Positions 26,101 through 36,003 of a stretch of 64,000 bases of DNA are shown here, one piece after another. Under the pieces are notes generated by a model. That model did no database searches and was not told where the DNA came from. It saw only the letters and a program-made list of their open reading frames with translations. The DNA comes from an uncultured Acidimicrobiales bacterium (GTDB taxonomy: Bacteria; Actinomycetota; Acidimicrobiia; Acidimicrobiales; SZUA-35): assembly GCA_963717115.1 (NCBI GenBank), contig CAVQVO010000017.1, positions 792,109 to 856,108 on the forward strand, written 5' to 3'. Position 1 is the first letter of the stretch. The number at the start of each line of letters is the position of its first letter. A program made the translations under genes and the position numbers.

Positions 26101-26596
26101 GGAGCACCTCCTGCGTCTCGAGCAGGGCGGAGAGATTCGCCCGGGCCTGGTTCAGGTGGTACTTCACGGCGCCGCTCGTCACGCCGAGGCTCTCGGCGAT
26201 GTCGGCGATCGACAGGTCCTCGACGTAGAAGAGGGCGGCGACCGCCCGCTGCTGGGGGCTGAGGAGTCGGAGCACCTCGGCCAGGTGCAGGTGCTCGATC
26301 ACGGTGTCGCCCGGCGAGATGCCGGCGGGATCGCGAGGCACACGGTCTTCGCGGCGGCGACGACGATCGTCGGAACGATGTTGGTCCCGACTGAGGTTGA
26401 TGGCGACCCGTCGGACCCAGGTCGCGGGGTTGTCGTAACGGCGGACCCGGCGCCATCGGGCGAAGGCCCGGATGAAGGCCTCCTGTACACAATCGTCGGC
26501 GACCTCGCGACTGCCGGTCATCACCGTCAGACCTCGGACCAGGCCGTCGTAGTGGCGGAGGAAGAACCGATCGAAGTCGGCATCACTCGGCGACAT
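26093..26596 (-). CDS. ECF (sigma-70 family, group IV) RNA polymerase sigma factor
   Basis: Region 2 ...ADDCVQEAFIRAFARWRRVRRYDNPATWVRRVAINL. Region 4 ...LSPQQRAVAALFYVEDLSIADIAESLGVTSGAVKYHLNQAR. Start chosen at ATG 26596 (MSPSDADFDRFF). Confidence 0.85.
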   Translation of the reverse strand: MSPSDADFDRFFLRHYDGLVRGLTVMTGSREVADDCVQEAFIRAFARWRRVRRYDNPATWVRRVAINLSRDQHRSDDRRRRREDRVPRDPAGISPGDTVIEHLHLAEVLRLLSPQQRAVAALFYVEDLSIADIAESLGVTSGAVKYHLNQARANLSALLETQEVLHG

Positions 26597-26914
26597 CGCC
26601 GTCCCGCCGTTGCGGCACGAGGCGATCGCCGCATCGTGTCGGACGGGCCCATCGAGGACGCGCACACGGGTCACTGCGTCACCGGTCCCGTTACGGGTTT
26701 GGTCGATGACCGCCTCACTTCCCCGTTCATCGGTCGAATGAGCCGCCGACTGAAGCGGCCCGACGATGGCGCGGGCTTTCTCGACCCTGATCCGTCGAAG
26801 CGGCTCGGAACGGGCGACGATGGGGGTTCGACCACCTCGGCGGGCGGTTTCACACAGTGACGGATCGACACCGCTGTCCTAGGCTGCCGATCGACCACGG
26901 TGGGAGTGGAGTAC

Positions 26915-27967
26915 ATGCAGACGACGATCCTCAGTGCGTGTGACATCGCCGAGATGGCGAGAAGGTTGGGACATGACGCGCTCATGGACCGGATGATCAC
27001 CCGCCTCCGCGAGGCCTTCGTCGACCACGATCCCGGCACCGTCGACGTCCCCGTCCGGGAGGGTTTCAACTACGACAAGCCGGCGCTCGGGCTGATCGAG
27101 TGGATGCCCGTCCACCAGCGAGGCGGGCCCGTCGTCATCAAGATGGTCGGCTATCACCCGACCAACCCGGTGCAGCGGGCGATTCCGAGCGTGCTCGCCA
27201 CGAGTTCGATGTGGGACACCGAGACCGGCCATCTCGTAGCGGTCTCCGATGCGACCCTGCTGACGGCATTGCGTACCGGGGCAGCCTCGGCAATCGCCAC
27301 CGACCTGCTCGCGATCGACGAATCCATCACCCTCGGGGTCATCGGTCTGGGTGCCCAGGCCGTCACCCAGGTCCATGCCATCAGCCGGATCCGCACGGTC
27401 GAGCGGGTGATCGGCTTCGACGCCGATGAACTCGTCGCCGCCTCGTTCGCCACCCGGCTCGGCTTCCTCGACCCCGAGATCACGACCGTCGAGACGGTCC
27501 CCGTCGAGCAGCTCCCGACCCTCCTGGCCGACGCCGATGTGCTCTGCACCTGCACCTCGGTCGACATCGGAGCGGGTCCCGTGGTTCCGGAATCCCCCCA
27601 TCGCCCCTGGCTCCACGTGAACGCCGTCGGCGCCGATTTCCCCGGCAAGACCGAGCTGCCAAAGGGCCTCCTCGACCTGGCGCTCGTGGTGCCGGACTCG
27701 AAAGACCAGTGCTGTGCCGAGGGCGAGTGCCAACAACTCGATGACGACGACATCGGTCCGTCTCTGGCCTATCTCGTTGCGAACTCGCCGCGGTTCGAGT
27801 CGAGTCGAAGCCGGCTCACCGTCTTCGATTCCACCGGTTGGGCCGTCGAGGACGAGGTCGCCCTGCGGCTCGCACTCGACATCGCCGAAGAGCTGGGTCT
27901 GGGCCAGTTGGTCGGCCTCGAGGCGATCGGTGTCGATCCCTACGACCCGTACGGTGAGCTCCGGTAG
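26915..27967 (+). CDS. Ornithine cyclodeaminase / mu-crystallin family protein
   Basis: Motif ...LTALRTGAASAIATDLLA...LGVIGLGAQAVTQVHAI... (Rossmann). ATG 26915 is preceded by GGAGTGGAG. GTG 26900 is an alternative start. Confidence 0.75.
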   Translation: MQTTILSACDIAEMARRLGHDALMDRMITRLREAFVDHDPGTVDVPVREGFNYDKPALGLIEWMPVHQRGGPVVIKMVGYHPTNPVQRAIPSVLATSSMWDTETGHLVAVSDATLLTALRTGAASAIATDLLAIDESITLGVIGLGAQAVTQVHAISRIRTVERVIGFDADELVAASFATRLGFLDPEITTVETVPVEQLPTLLADADVLCTCTSVDIGAGPVVPESPHRPWLHVNAVGADFPGKTELPKGLLDLALVVPDSKDQCCAEGECQQLDDDDIGPSLAYLVANSPRFESSRSRLTVFDSTGWAVEDEVALRLALDIAEELGLGQLVGLEAIGVDPYDPYGELR

Positions 27968-28020
27968 AACCCGGGGTTCGCCCGTTTGGAGCCGTCGCCT
28001 CACCGGGCCACACTCTCGGG

Positions 28021-29664
28021 ATGACCCTGAGCTTCCCCGAGGCCTGTGCCGCCGTCTGCGCGCCCGGCACCCCGTTCGAGATCGTCGAGACCGATGTGGC
28101 CGGCGTCCGCACCAAGGTGTTCTCGTCCGCTCCGCCGAACATCCGTCACCTCTTCGCCGCGGCCGCCGCCCGAGACGACGACTTCATCGTCTACGACGGC
28201 GAGTCCGAGGAGCGGTGGCCCATGCCGAGGGTCCTGGCGCAGGCGGGTCAGATCGGCCATGCGCTCACGACCGAGTTCGGCGTCGTCAAGGGCGACCGGG
28301 TGGCCATCGCGATGCGGAACTATCCGGAATGGATCACGAGCTACGTGGCGATCACGTCGATCGGAGCGATCGTCGTTCCCCTCAACGCCTGGTGGCAGAG
28401 CGAGGAACTGCACTTCGCCCTGGTCGATTCCGGTGCCCGGGTCGTCCTGGTCGATGCCGAGCGCCTCGAACGGCTCGAGTCGGCCCCGCCCTTCGAGGCC
28501 ACGATCGTGACGGTCCGGACCCCCGAAGGCCGCCATCCGCGCCTCGAGGACGCGTTGGTCGAGGGGGCCACGATGCCCGAGGTCGAGATCGGCCCCGACG
28601 ACGACATCAGCATCCTCTACACCTCGGGAACCACCGGCAACCCGAAGGGCGCCGTCAGCACGCACCGGGCCGTGCTCAATTCGCTCCTCGCCTTTGCGGC
28701 CCGAGGGGCCGTCGGGGCGCTGATGGAGCCCGTCGAACCGGGGCCGTCCTCGTGCTTCATCCTGGCCGTACCGCTCTTCCACGTCACCGGCCTGGTTCCG
28801 GTGATGCTCGGCTCGTTCGTCGGCGGATCCAAGCTGGTGATCATGCACCGCTGGGACCCGGGTCGGGCGCTCGAGCTGATCGAGGCCGAACGGGTCACCA
28901 ACTTCGTCGGTGTCCCGACCATGAGCTGGGACCTCCTCGAACACCCCTCGTTCCCCGAGCGAGACACCTCGACCCTGCGCTCGGTCGGTGGCGGCGGAGC
29001 CCCCATGCCACCCGAACTGGTGAAGCGCATCGAGGACAACTTCCCGAACGGGCGGCCCGGCCTCGGCTACGGCATGACCGAGACCAACGCGTACGGGCCG
29101 CAGAACTCCGGCGACGCGTTCGTCGCCCATCCCACCTCGACCGGTCGGCCCGTTCCCATCATGGACGTCCGGGTCACCGACCCAGAGGGCAACCCGTTGC
29201 CGACCGGCGAAACGGGCGAGATCTGGTTCCGGGGGCCGATGCTGATCCGCGGGTACTGGAACCGTCCGGAGGCAACGGCCGACACCATCGTCGATGGCTG
29301 GCTCCGCTCGGGTGACATCGGTCGGATCGACACGGAGGGTTTCGTGTACGTCAGCGACCGGGCCAAGGACATGGTGCTGCGAGCGGGTGAGAACATCTAC
29401 TCCGCCGAGGTCGAGGCGGCGATCTACGAGCACCCGGCGGTCTACGAGGCGGCGGTCTACGGCCTGCCCCACGAGCGACTGGGCGAAGAGGTCGCGGCCC
29501 ACATCATGGTCAAGGAACCGGTCACGGTCGAGGCGATCCAGGACTTCCTGAGCCGGCGACTGGCCAGGTTCAAGGTGCCGACGCGCATCACGATCGTCGA
29601 CCAACCGCTTCCCCGGAATGCCTCCGGCAAGATCCTCAAGCGGGAGCTGCGCGACTCGGTCTGA
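28021..29664 (+). CDS. AMP-dependent synthetase/ligase (acyl-CoA synthetase)
   Basis: Motifs ILYTSGTTGNPKGA, ...GYGMTETN..., ...SGDIGRIDTEGFVYVSDRAKDM..., ...PRNASGKILKREL. Confidence 0.9.
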   Translation: MTLSFPEACAAVCAPGTPFEIVETDVAGVRTKVFSSAPPNIRHLFAAAAARDDDFIVYDGESEERWPMPRVLAQAGQIGHALTTEFGVVKGDRVAIAMRNYPEWITSYVAITSIGAIVVPLNAWWQSEELHFALVDSGARVVLVDAERLERLESAPPFEATIVTVRTPEGRHPRLEDALVEGATMPEVEIGPDDDISILYTSGTTGNPKGAVSTHRAVLNSLLAFAARGAVGALMEPVEPGPSSCFILAVPLFHVTGLVPVMLGSFVGGSKLVIMHRWDPGRALELIEAERVTNFVGVPTMSWDLLEHPSFPERDTSTLRSVGGGGAPMPPELVKRIEDNFPNGRPGLGYGMTETNAYGPQNSGDAFVAHPTSTGRPVPIMDVRVTDPEGNPLPTGETGEIWFRGPMLIRGYWNRPEATADTIVDGWLRSGDIGRIDTEGFVYVSDRAKDMVLRAGENIYSAEVEAAIYEHPAVYEAAVYGLPHERLGEEVAAHIMVKEPVTVEAIQDFLSRRLARFKVPTRITIVDQPLPRNASGKILKRELRDSV

Positions 29665-29682
29665 ACGAGAGGGGAGCGGCGA

Positions 29683-30468
29683 TCAGCCCCAGAAGGCCTC
29701 GAGTCGGTCGACGAACCGGTCGGGGTCGACCAGGTGCGGGTAGTGGCCGTGATCGGTCCACACCTCGACCTCGGCGCCAGGGATCTTGGCGCCGAGCCAC
29801 TCGGCGTAGTCGGCGCCGGGATCGATCCCGAACAGCGACAGGTAGGGAACGGTCCGGCCGGCGTAGGCCGCGAGCGCGGCATCGACGACCGCAGCGATCT
29901 CGGTGTCGGTCATCGTGAACATCATCTCCCAGACGCCGAGGACCACGGATTGGTCGGCCCGTCGCAAGGCGCCGACCCGGGCCCGCTCGGCGTCGGAGAG
30001 CAGGGGACCCGACATCTGGTCGAACAGCGAATCGATCACGGTCTGGAAGGCCTCCGGGTCACGCAGCATCGCCTCGACCGGCACGAGGCCGGCCTTGAAG
30101 CTGCCGAGTTGGAGGGACTGGTCGACGTTCACCACCGACGCCACCGGATACACCGCCCCGACCGCCGAGACCACGGCCCCGCCCAGTGAATGGCCGACCA
30201 GGTGCGGCTGCTCCACGCCGCAGGCGGCGATCACCGCAACGACGTCGTGCGCCATGGCCTCGAGGTCGTACCGTTCGGCGGCTCCCGAGGCGCCGTGACC
30301 CCGGAGGTCGAGTGCGATCACCCGGTGGTCACGAGCGAGCCGATCGGCCACCGGGCGCCAGCTCTCGGCTCGTTCGGTGATGCCATGGACGAGGACGACC
30401 GCGGAGCCCGATCCTCCCGAATCGGTGTACTCGATCGGGGTACCGTCCACTGCGTGGGTCTGCGCCAT
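29683..30468 (-). CDS. Alpha/beta hydrolase
   Basis: HGITERAESW and the nucleophile elbow VGHSLGG. Start at ATG 30468 (MAQTHAVDG...). Confidence 0.75.
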   Translation of the reverse strand: MAQTHAVDGTPIEYTDSGGSGSAVVLVHGITERAESWRPVADRLARDHRVIALDLRGHGASGAAERYDLEAMAHDVVAVIAACGVEQPHLVGHSLGGAVVSAVGAVYPVASVVNVDQSLQLGSFKAGLVPVEAMLRDPEAFQTVIDSLFDQMSGPLLSDAERARVGALRRADQSVVLGVWEMMFTMTDTEIAAVVDAALAAYAGRTVPYLSLFGIDPGADYAEWLGAKIPGAEVEVWTDHGHYPHLVDPDRFVDRLEAFWG

Positions 30469-30550
30469 CGGGACAGACTCGCACACGACGGCGTCGGTCG
30501 TCACGGCCGGCCTCGCCCGCTCCTCCGCGGTCTCGCAGGGTCGCGATCGG

Positions 30551-31393
30551 TCAGTCGAGCAGGCCGGTGATGACGAACTCGACTCGTCGGTTGGCCACCT
30601 CGGCACCGTCGGTCGGCACGAGCAGCTCGCTCTCGCCGCGAGCGTCGATCAGGATGCGGGCCGGGTCGATCCCTCGGCTCGTCCAGTAGTTGGCGACGGT
30701 CTGGCCCCGCCGCTGCGAGAGGTCGAGGTTCGTCTCGACCGAACCGACGGCGTCGGTGTGGGCGACCACCGTGATCGTGACGTTCGGGAACGTGTTGAGC
30801 AGCGCCGTGCCGAGATCGAGCAGAGGAACGAACTCGGGGTTGATCGTCGTGGAACCGGTCGAGAACAGCACGCGGTCTTCGACGATCAACGGGCCGCTGT
30901 TGAGGTACGGGATGGTCGGATCGATCGTGTAGTTGTTGATCACGTTCTCCGCGCCGAGGATCGCTGCGGCGCGGGCTTCGGTTTCGCGACCGATCTCCTC
31001 ACTGGGCACGACGCCCTCGAGGGTCAGTACGCCACCGCTCAGCCGCGCCACCCGGTTGCCGGCCACGGCCGGAGGAGTCGGTTCGGCGGGAGGGGGTTCG
31101 GTGACCGGAGGCTCGGTGACCGGGGGTTCGGTGACCGGGGGCTCGGTCACCGGCGGCAGGGTGGTGGGCGCCTCGGTCGTGGTCGTCAGGAGCGGGCGCT
31201 CCGTGGTCGTCGGGGCCACGGAGGCACCGTCGATCTCGGACCGCAGGCCACCCTCGGCCGTGGTCTCGCTTCCGCCTCCCGATCCACCGGCCAGCACGGC
31301 GGCGAGGCCGATGGCACCGGCCAGGACGATGCCGGCCGTCATCGTCGCCATCAGGCGAGTGCGACGTTCGTCGCGTCCGCCGATGGCTGCCAT
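30551..31393 (-). CDS. OmpA-family peptidoglycan-binding protein with (PPVTE)4 linker
   Basis: The C-terminus ...VVAHTDAVGSVETNLDLSQRRGQTVANYWTSRGIDPARILIDARGESELL...NRRVEFVI is an OmpA_C-like domain. N-terminal TM segment MTAGIVLAGAIGLAAVLAGG. The start is ATG 31393 or 31351. Confidence 0.8.
   Translation of the reverse strand: MAAIGGRDERRTRLMATMTAGIVLAGAIGLAAVLAGGSGGGSETTAEGGLRSEIDGASVAPTTTERPLLTTTTEAPTTLPPVTEPPVTEPPVTEPPVTEPPPAEPTPPAVAGNRVARLSGGVLTLEGVVPSEEIGRETEARAAAILGAENVINNYTIDPTIPYLNSGPLIVEDRVLFSTGSTTINPEFVPLLDLGTALLNTFPNVTITVVAHTDAVGSVETNLDLSQRRGQTVANYWTSRGIDPARILIDARGESELLVPTDGAEVANRRVEFVITGLLD
31095..31154. repeat. 15-bp coding tandem repeat x4 (encodes PPVTE repeats)
   Basis: GGTTCGGTGACCGGA / GGCTCGGTGACCGGG / GGTTCGGTGACCGGG / GGCTCGGTCACCGGC, read directly from the sequence. 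Confidence 0.85.
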
Positions 31394-31686
31394 CGAGGTG
31401 GGAGCGGCATCACTCGACGCAGGCCGTGTTGATCGTTCGTTGGAGGGCACCTCACCAGCTAACCGCACCCGACCGCGAAATGCCGGAGCCGAACGACCCG
31501 TCGCCGGTTGGGCAAATCCCCTTGGCGGGCCGGTGACGATGCCAGTCGGCCCGCCATCGGATCCATCGTCGGTCGCCCCGAGGACCAACGCCCCTACTGC
31601 ACGACGACGGGCCGTCGTACCGTCGAGAACGGTCCCGAACCGTGTCGTGTCATCCAGGTCGGATGGCAGGTCGAAGGGGGAGCATC

Positions 31687-32499
31687 GTGGACGATTCCGA
31701 AACCCGAGTCCTGTCGCTCCAGAACCTCGAGGTCGTGTACAGCGATGTCATCCTGGCTCTGCGGGGCGTCAGTCTCGAGGTGCCGAGTGGTGCCATCGTC
31801 GCCCTCCTCGGCGCCAACGGGGCCGGCAAGACCACCGTGCTGCGGGCGATCAGCGGTTTGCTGGCGAACCATCGGGGCCGGATCACCAAGGGTTCGATCC
31901 GGCTCGGCGACGAGGACATCGGCGATCGCAGCGCAGCGAGCATCGTCGGCCACGGAATGGCGCAGGTCATGGAAGGGCGCCGCGTGTTCGCCGACCTGAC
32001 CGTCCAGGAGAACCTGCGGGCCGGTGCCCTGGTCCGACGGCCGAGTCGTGACGAGCTGCAGTCCGCCTACGACGAAGTCGTCCAGCTGTTCCCGATCCTG
32101 AAGGAACGCTGGGACGGAGCCGCCGGCTATCTGTCGGGGGGTGAACAGCAGATGCTGGCGATCGGGCAGGCGCTGATGGCCAAGCCCCGCCTGCTCCTCC
32201 TGGACGAGCCGTCACTCGGCCTGGCCCCCCGCATCATCGAGCAGATCCGCGACGTGATCGTCGACATCAACCGGCGCGGCACCGGAGTGCTCCTGATCGA
32301 GCAGAACGCCCAGATGGCGCTCTCGATCGCCGACCACGCCTACATCCTCGAGAACGGCAAGGTCGCCAAGGCCGGGTCGGGCGAGCAGCTGCGCAACGAC
32401 AAGGACATCCAGGAGTTCTACCTGGGGATGGGCGAGAGCGGCCGCACCCGACTCGATCAGGTGAAGAGCTACCGCCGTCAGAAGAGCTGGAGTTCGTGA
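31687..32499 (+). CDS. Branched-chain-amino-acid-type (HAAT family) ABC transporter ATP-binding protein, LivF-like
   Basis: Walker A GANGAGKTT, signature LSGGEQQMLAI, Walker B LLLDEPS. The start is uncertain. GTG 31687 is preceded by GGGGGA. The alternatives are ATG 31663 and GTG 31642. Confidence 0.85.
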   Translation: MDDSETRVLSLQNLEVVYSDVILALRGVSLEVPSGAIVALLGANGAGKTTVLRAISGLLANHRGRITKGSIRLGDEDIGDRSAASIVGHGMAQVMEGRRVFADLTVQENLRAGALVRRPSRDELQSAYDEVVQLFPILKERWDGAAGYLSGGEQQMLAIGQALMAKPRLLLLDEPSLGLAPRIIEQIRDVIVDINRRGTGVLLIEQNAQMALSIADHAYILENGKVAKAGSGEQLRNDKDIQEFYLGMGESGRTRLDQVKSYRRQKSWSS

Positions 32500-33281
32500 T
32501 GGATCCGATGCCCGGTGCGCTCCTCGAGATGCGAGACGTGTCGCTCTCGTTCGGCGGCGTGGACGCGTTGAAGCAGGTGGGGTGCGACGTCGCGGAGGGC
32601 GAGCTCTTCGCCGTCATCGGGCCGAACGGGGCCGGGAAGACATCGATCTTCAACTGCCTGAATGCGGTCTACCGACCCCAGACCGGCAGCATCCGCCTCG
32701 ATGGTGTCGAGGTGATCGGACGCCGGCCGGCCGACACCGCAGAGATGGGAATCGCCAGGACGTTCCAGAACCTGGCGCTCTTCACGAACCTCTCGGTGAT
32801 CGACAACCTGATGCTCGGACGACACCACCTGCTGCGGGCGGGGCCCATCTCGGGGCCACTCTGGTTCGGCAAGGCCCGACGGGAGGAGGCGACCCAGCGC
32901 CGCCGGTGTGCCGAGATCGCCGACTTCCTCGACCTCGCCGACTTCGGGAGCATGCCGGTGGGAGCGCTTCCCTACGGCGTCCAGAAGCGGATCGAACTCG
33001 GCCGGGCGCTCGCCATGGAGCCCCGGCTGCTCCTGCTCGACGAGCCCGTGGCGGGCATGAACCAGGAAGAGACCGAGCAGACCGCGCACTACATCGTCCA
33101 GATCCGGCGGGAGCTGCGGATCGCCACGATCCTCGTCGAGCACCAGATGGATCTCGTCATGGATCTGGCCGATCGGATCCTGGTGCTCGACTTCGGCTCG
33201 GTCGTCGCCACCGGGACACCCACCGAGATCCAGCAGAACGAGCGGGTCCACCAGGTCTACCTCGGAGGAGCGACCACATGA
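32496..33281 (+). CDS. HAAT-family ABC transporter ATP-binding protein, LivG-like
   Basis: Walker A GPNGAGKTS, ...GIARTFQNLALF..., Walker B LLLDEP. It overlaps the upstream stop. Confidence 0.9.
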   Translation: MMDPMPGALLEMRDVSLSFGGVDALKQVGCDVAEGELFAVIGPNGAGKTSIFNCLNAVYRPQTGSIRLDGVEVIGRRPADTAEMGIARTFQNLALFTNLSVIDNLMLGRHHLLRAGPISGPLWFGKARREEATQRRRCAEIADFLDLADFGSMPVGALPYGVQKRIELGRALAMEPRLLLLDEPVAGMNQEETEQTAHYIVQIRRELRIATILVEHQMDLVMDLADRILVLDFGSVVATGTPTEIQQNERVHQVYLGGATT

Positions 33282-35110
33282 CCACGACCGAGCTGCTCGA
33301 GTCGACCGGTCTGGCCGGAGCGTCGCCGGCCACGCTGCCGGCCATGCTCATCGCCCGGGCCGGCGAGATGGGCGAACGGACGGCACTCCGCCAACACCGA
33401 TTGGGAGTCTGGCAACCCCATACGTGGAACGACTACCTGACGAGGTCGGCCCGGGTCGGGGCGGCCCTGCTCGAACTCGGGGTCCGGCCCGGCGACCGGA
33501 TCGCGATCCACAGCGTGAACCGACCCGAGTGGCTGTTCGCGGACATCGGCGGTCAGGGCATCGGCGCCGTTCCCGTCGGCATCTATCCGACCTCGCCGGC
33601 CTCCGAGGTCGAGTACCTCGTCGGCCACAGCGAAGCCGTGGTCCTGATCGCCGAGGACGAAGAACAACTCGACAAGGTCCTCGCCGTTCGAGACCGGCTG
33701 CCGAGCCTCCGACAGATCGTCGTGATCGATGCCGAGACGGTGCTCCAGTATCTCGACGATCCGCAGATCATGACCTTTGCCGAACTCGAGGAGCTCGGGC
33801 GGGGATCGGAGCGGAGGTGGCTCGACTCGGTCGACACGCTCGACCCGGAGTCGATGGCCCTCATCGTCTACACCTCGGGGACGACCGGCCCGCCCAAGGG
33901 GGCCATGCTGAGCCACCGCAATCTCGTTGCGGCGGCCAGGACATTCAGCAGCGCCTTCGAGGCCACCGACCGCGACGAGGTCCTGTCGTACCTCCCGCTG
34001 TGTCACATCGCCGAGCGGCTGAGTTCGGCCATCAACGCGCTGTACGTCGGCTACGTCGTGAACTTCGGTCGAGGGGGTGAGGCGTTCGCCAAGGACCTTC
34101 GCGACGTCCAGCCGACGATCTTCCTCGGGGTTCCCCGGGTCTGGGAGAAGATGGCCGCAACCGTCGAGATCCGCATGACCGATGCGTCACACCTCAAGCG
34201 GACGCTCTACGGCTGGTCGATCCACCGGGGTCGGCGCCTGGCGCGGGATCGCATGGACGGCGACCTCGGCATCGGCAGCCGGTTGCTCATGTTCCTCACC
34301 TGGCTCCTGGTCTTCCGGGCGCTGCGCGACAAGCTCGGACTCCGCCGGATCCGACTCGCCTTGTCGGGTGCCGCCCCCATCGCCCCGCAGTTGCTCGAGT
34401 TCTTCTGGGCCATGGGTGTCCCGGTTCGCGAAGGGTACGGCCAGACCGAGAACACCGCCGTCGCCACCTACACCCCGGCGAACGACGTCCGACTCGGCAA
34501 GGTCGGCAAGGCACTCCCGGGCGTCGAACTGCTGATCGCCGAGACCGGCGAGATCCTGACCCGCTCCGACGCCAACTTCATGGGCTACCTGAAGAACCCC
34601 GAGGCGACCGCCTCGACCATCGACGCCGACGGCTGGCTGCACACCGGCGACGTCGGCGAGATCGATGTCGCCGGGTTCCTCACGATCACCGACCGGATGA
34701 AGGACCTGATCATCACCGCCGGCGGCAAGAACGTCTCGCCGAGCGAGATCGAGAACCAGTTGAAGGTGTCGCCGTTCGTTCGCGAGGCCCTCGTGATCGG
34801 TGATCAGCAGAAGTATCTGGTGGCCCTGGTCGGCATCGAGTTCGACACCGTCGGCGACTGGGCCTCCCGGCGGGAGCTGGCCTACACGACCTACGCCGAC
34901 CTCTCGTCGAAACCCGAGGTCACGGCGCTGATCGGCGAATGGGTCGACCACGTCAACCGGGATCTCGCCCGGGTCGAGCAGATCAAGGCGTTCCGGCTGA
35001 TGGACCGTGAGCTCGACCACGAAGGGGGTGAGCTCACCGCGACCCAGAAGGTCAAGCGGCGGGCCGTTGCCGAGGAGTTCGACGATCTCGTCCGGGAGAT
35101 GTACCGATGA
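33278..35110 (+). CDS. Long-chain-fatty-acid--CoA ligase-like AMP-forming enzyme embedded in the ABC operon
   Basis: Motifs IVYTSGTTGPPKGAML, ...EGYGQTENT..., ...TGDVGEIDVAGFLTITDRMKDLIITAGGKNVSP.... ATGA overlaps at both ends (33278-33281 and 35107-35110). Confidence 0.85.
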   Translation: MTTTELLESTGLAGASPATLPAMLIARAGEMGERTALRQHRLGVWQPHTWNDYLTRSARVGAALLELGVRPGDRIAIHSVNRPEWLFADIGGQGIGAVPVGIYPTSPASEVEYLVGHSEAVVLIAEDEEQLDKVLAVRDRLPSLRQIVVIDAETVLQYLDDPQIMTFAELEELGRGSERRWLDSVDTLDPESMALIVYTSGTTGPPKGAMLSHRNLVAAARTFSSAFEATDRDEVLSYLPLCHIAERLSSAINALYVGYVVNFGRGGEAFAKDLRDVQPTIFLGVPRVWEKMAATVEIRMTDASHLKRTLYGWSIHRGRRLARDRMDGDLGIGSRLLMFLTWLLVFRALRDKLGLRRIRLALSGAAPIAPQLLEFFWAMGVPVREGYGQTENTAVATYTPANDVRLGKVGKALPGVELLIAETGEILTRSDANFMGYLKNPEATASTIDADGWLHTGDVGEIDVAGFLTITDRMKDLIITAGGKNVSPSEIENQLKVSPFVREALVIGDQQKYLVALVGIEFDTVGDWASRRELAYTTYADLSSKPEVTALIGEWVDHVNRDLARVEQIKAFRLMDRELDHEGGELTATQKVKRRAVAEEFDDLVREMYR

Positions 35111-36003
35111 ACGACTTCCTGCAGCTCTGCTTCGCCGGTCTGGCGCTCGGGGCCCGGTACGCGCTGGTGGCGCTGGGGTTCGTGGTGATCCACCGCGCCA
35201 CCGGCGTCATCAACTTCGCCCAGGGATCGATCGTCGCCCTCGGCGCCTACTTCGTGTTCAATGCCCACCAGACCTGGGGTCTCCCGTTCTGGATCGCGGC
35301 GGTCATCGCCATCGCCGGGTGCGCCGCCGTCGGCGTGCTCGTCGAGCGCTTCCTGCTCCGGCGCATGGCCGGCCAGGCCGTGTTCTCGGTGATCATGATC
35401 ACCATCGGGCTGCTGTTCGTGATCGACCAGGTCATCACCATGATCTGGGGTCAAGATGCGCAGAACCTGGGCGACCCCTGGGGCATCGACACCAGGTCGA
35501 TCGGTGACATCGTCCTCGCCGACGTCGACCTGTGGGCGATCGGACTCGCCTTCGTCGTGGTCGGTACCTTCTTCGTGTTCTTCCGCTACAGCGGCACCGG
35601 CCTGGCGATGCGGGCCGTGGCCATCGACGAGGAGGCGGCGATGGCCCGGGGCATCTCGGTCCGCCGGGTCGTCGCCACCGCCTGGGCGATCGCCGGCGCC
35701 GTGGCGGCCATCGCCGGGATCACCCTGGCCGCCGGCCCCGCCGCCCTCCGACCGTCGATCGGCCTGATCGCCCTGGCCGCCTTTCCGGCCATGATCCTCG
35801 GCGGTCTCGACTCTCCGCTCGGGGCCGTGCTCGGTGGGTTCGTCATCGGGATCACCCAGACCCTGACGGCCGGCTACCAACCCGCTCATGCGTCCTGGCT
35901 CGGCCAGGACTTCCAGTCGGTGACGCCCTACGTGGTGATGATCCTGATCCTCATGATCCGTCCCCACGGACTGTTCGGTACCAAGGAGGTGGAGCGACTG
36001 TGA
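35107..36003 (+). CDS. HAAT-family ABC transporter permease, LivH-like
   Basis: 298-aa polytopic protein beginning MNDFLQLCFAGLALGARYALVALGFVVIHRATGVINFAQGS, typical of LivH. Confidence 0.85.
   Translation: MNDFLQLCFAGLALGARYALVALGFVVIHRATGVINFAQGSIVALGAYFVFNAHQTWGLPFWIAAVIAIAGCAAVGVLVERFLLRRMAGQAVFSVIMITIGLLFVIDQVITMIWGQDAQNLGDPWGIDTRSIGDIVLADVDLWAIGLAFVVVGTFFVFFRYSGTGLAMRAVAIDEEAAMARGISVRRVVATAWAIAGAVAAIAGITLAAGPAALRPSIGLIALAAFPAMILGGLDSPLGAVLGGFVIGITQTLTAGYQPAHASWLGQDFQSVTPYVVMILILMIRPHGLFGTKEVERL

Noticed and set aside
26597-26900. ECF-type autoregulatory promoter (GGAAC ... CGT) upstream of the sigma factor gene
   Set aside because: I found only weak candidates (TGAAC with a 19-nt spacer to CGAC, and a GTAAC variant). 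Spacing and sequence are not convincing without a comparative alignment.
32582-35110. 842-aa ORF suggesting a giant fusion protein
   Set aside because: The first 232 codons are an Arg-rich alternative frame of the LivG-like ATPase gene. The ligase homology starts at the ATG at 33278, which overlaps the ATPase stop.
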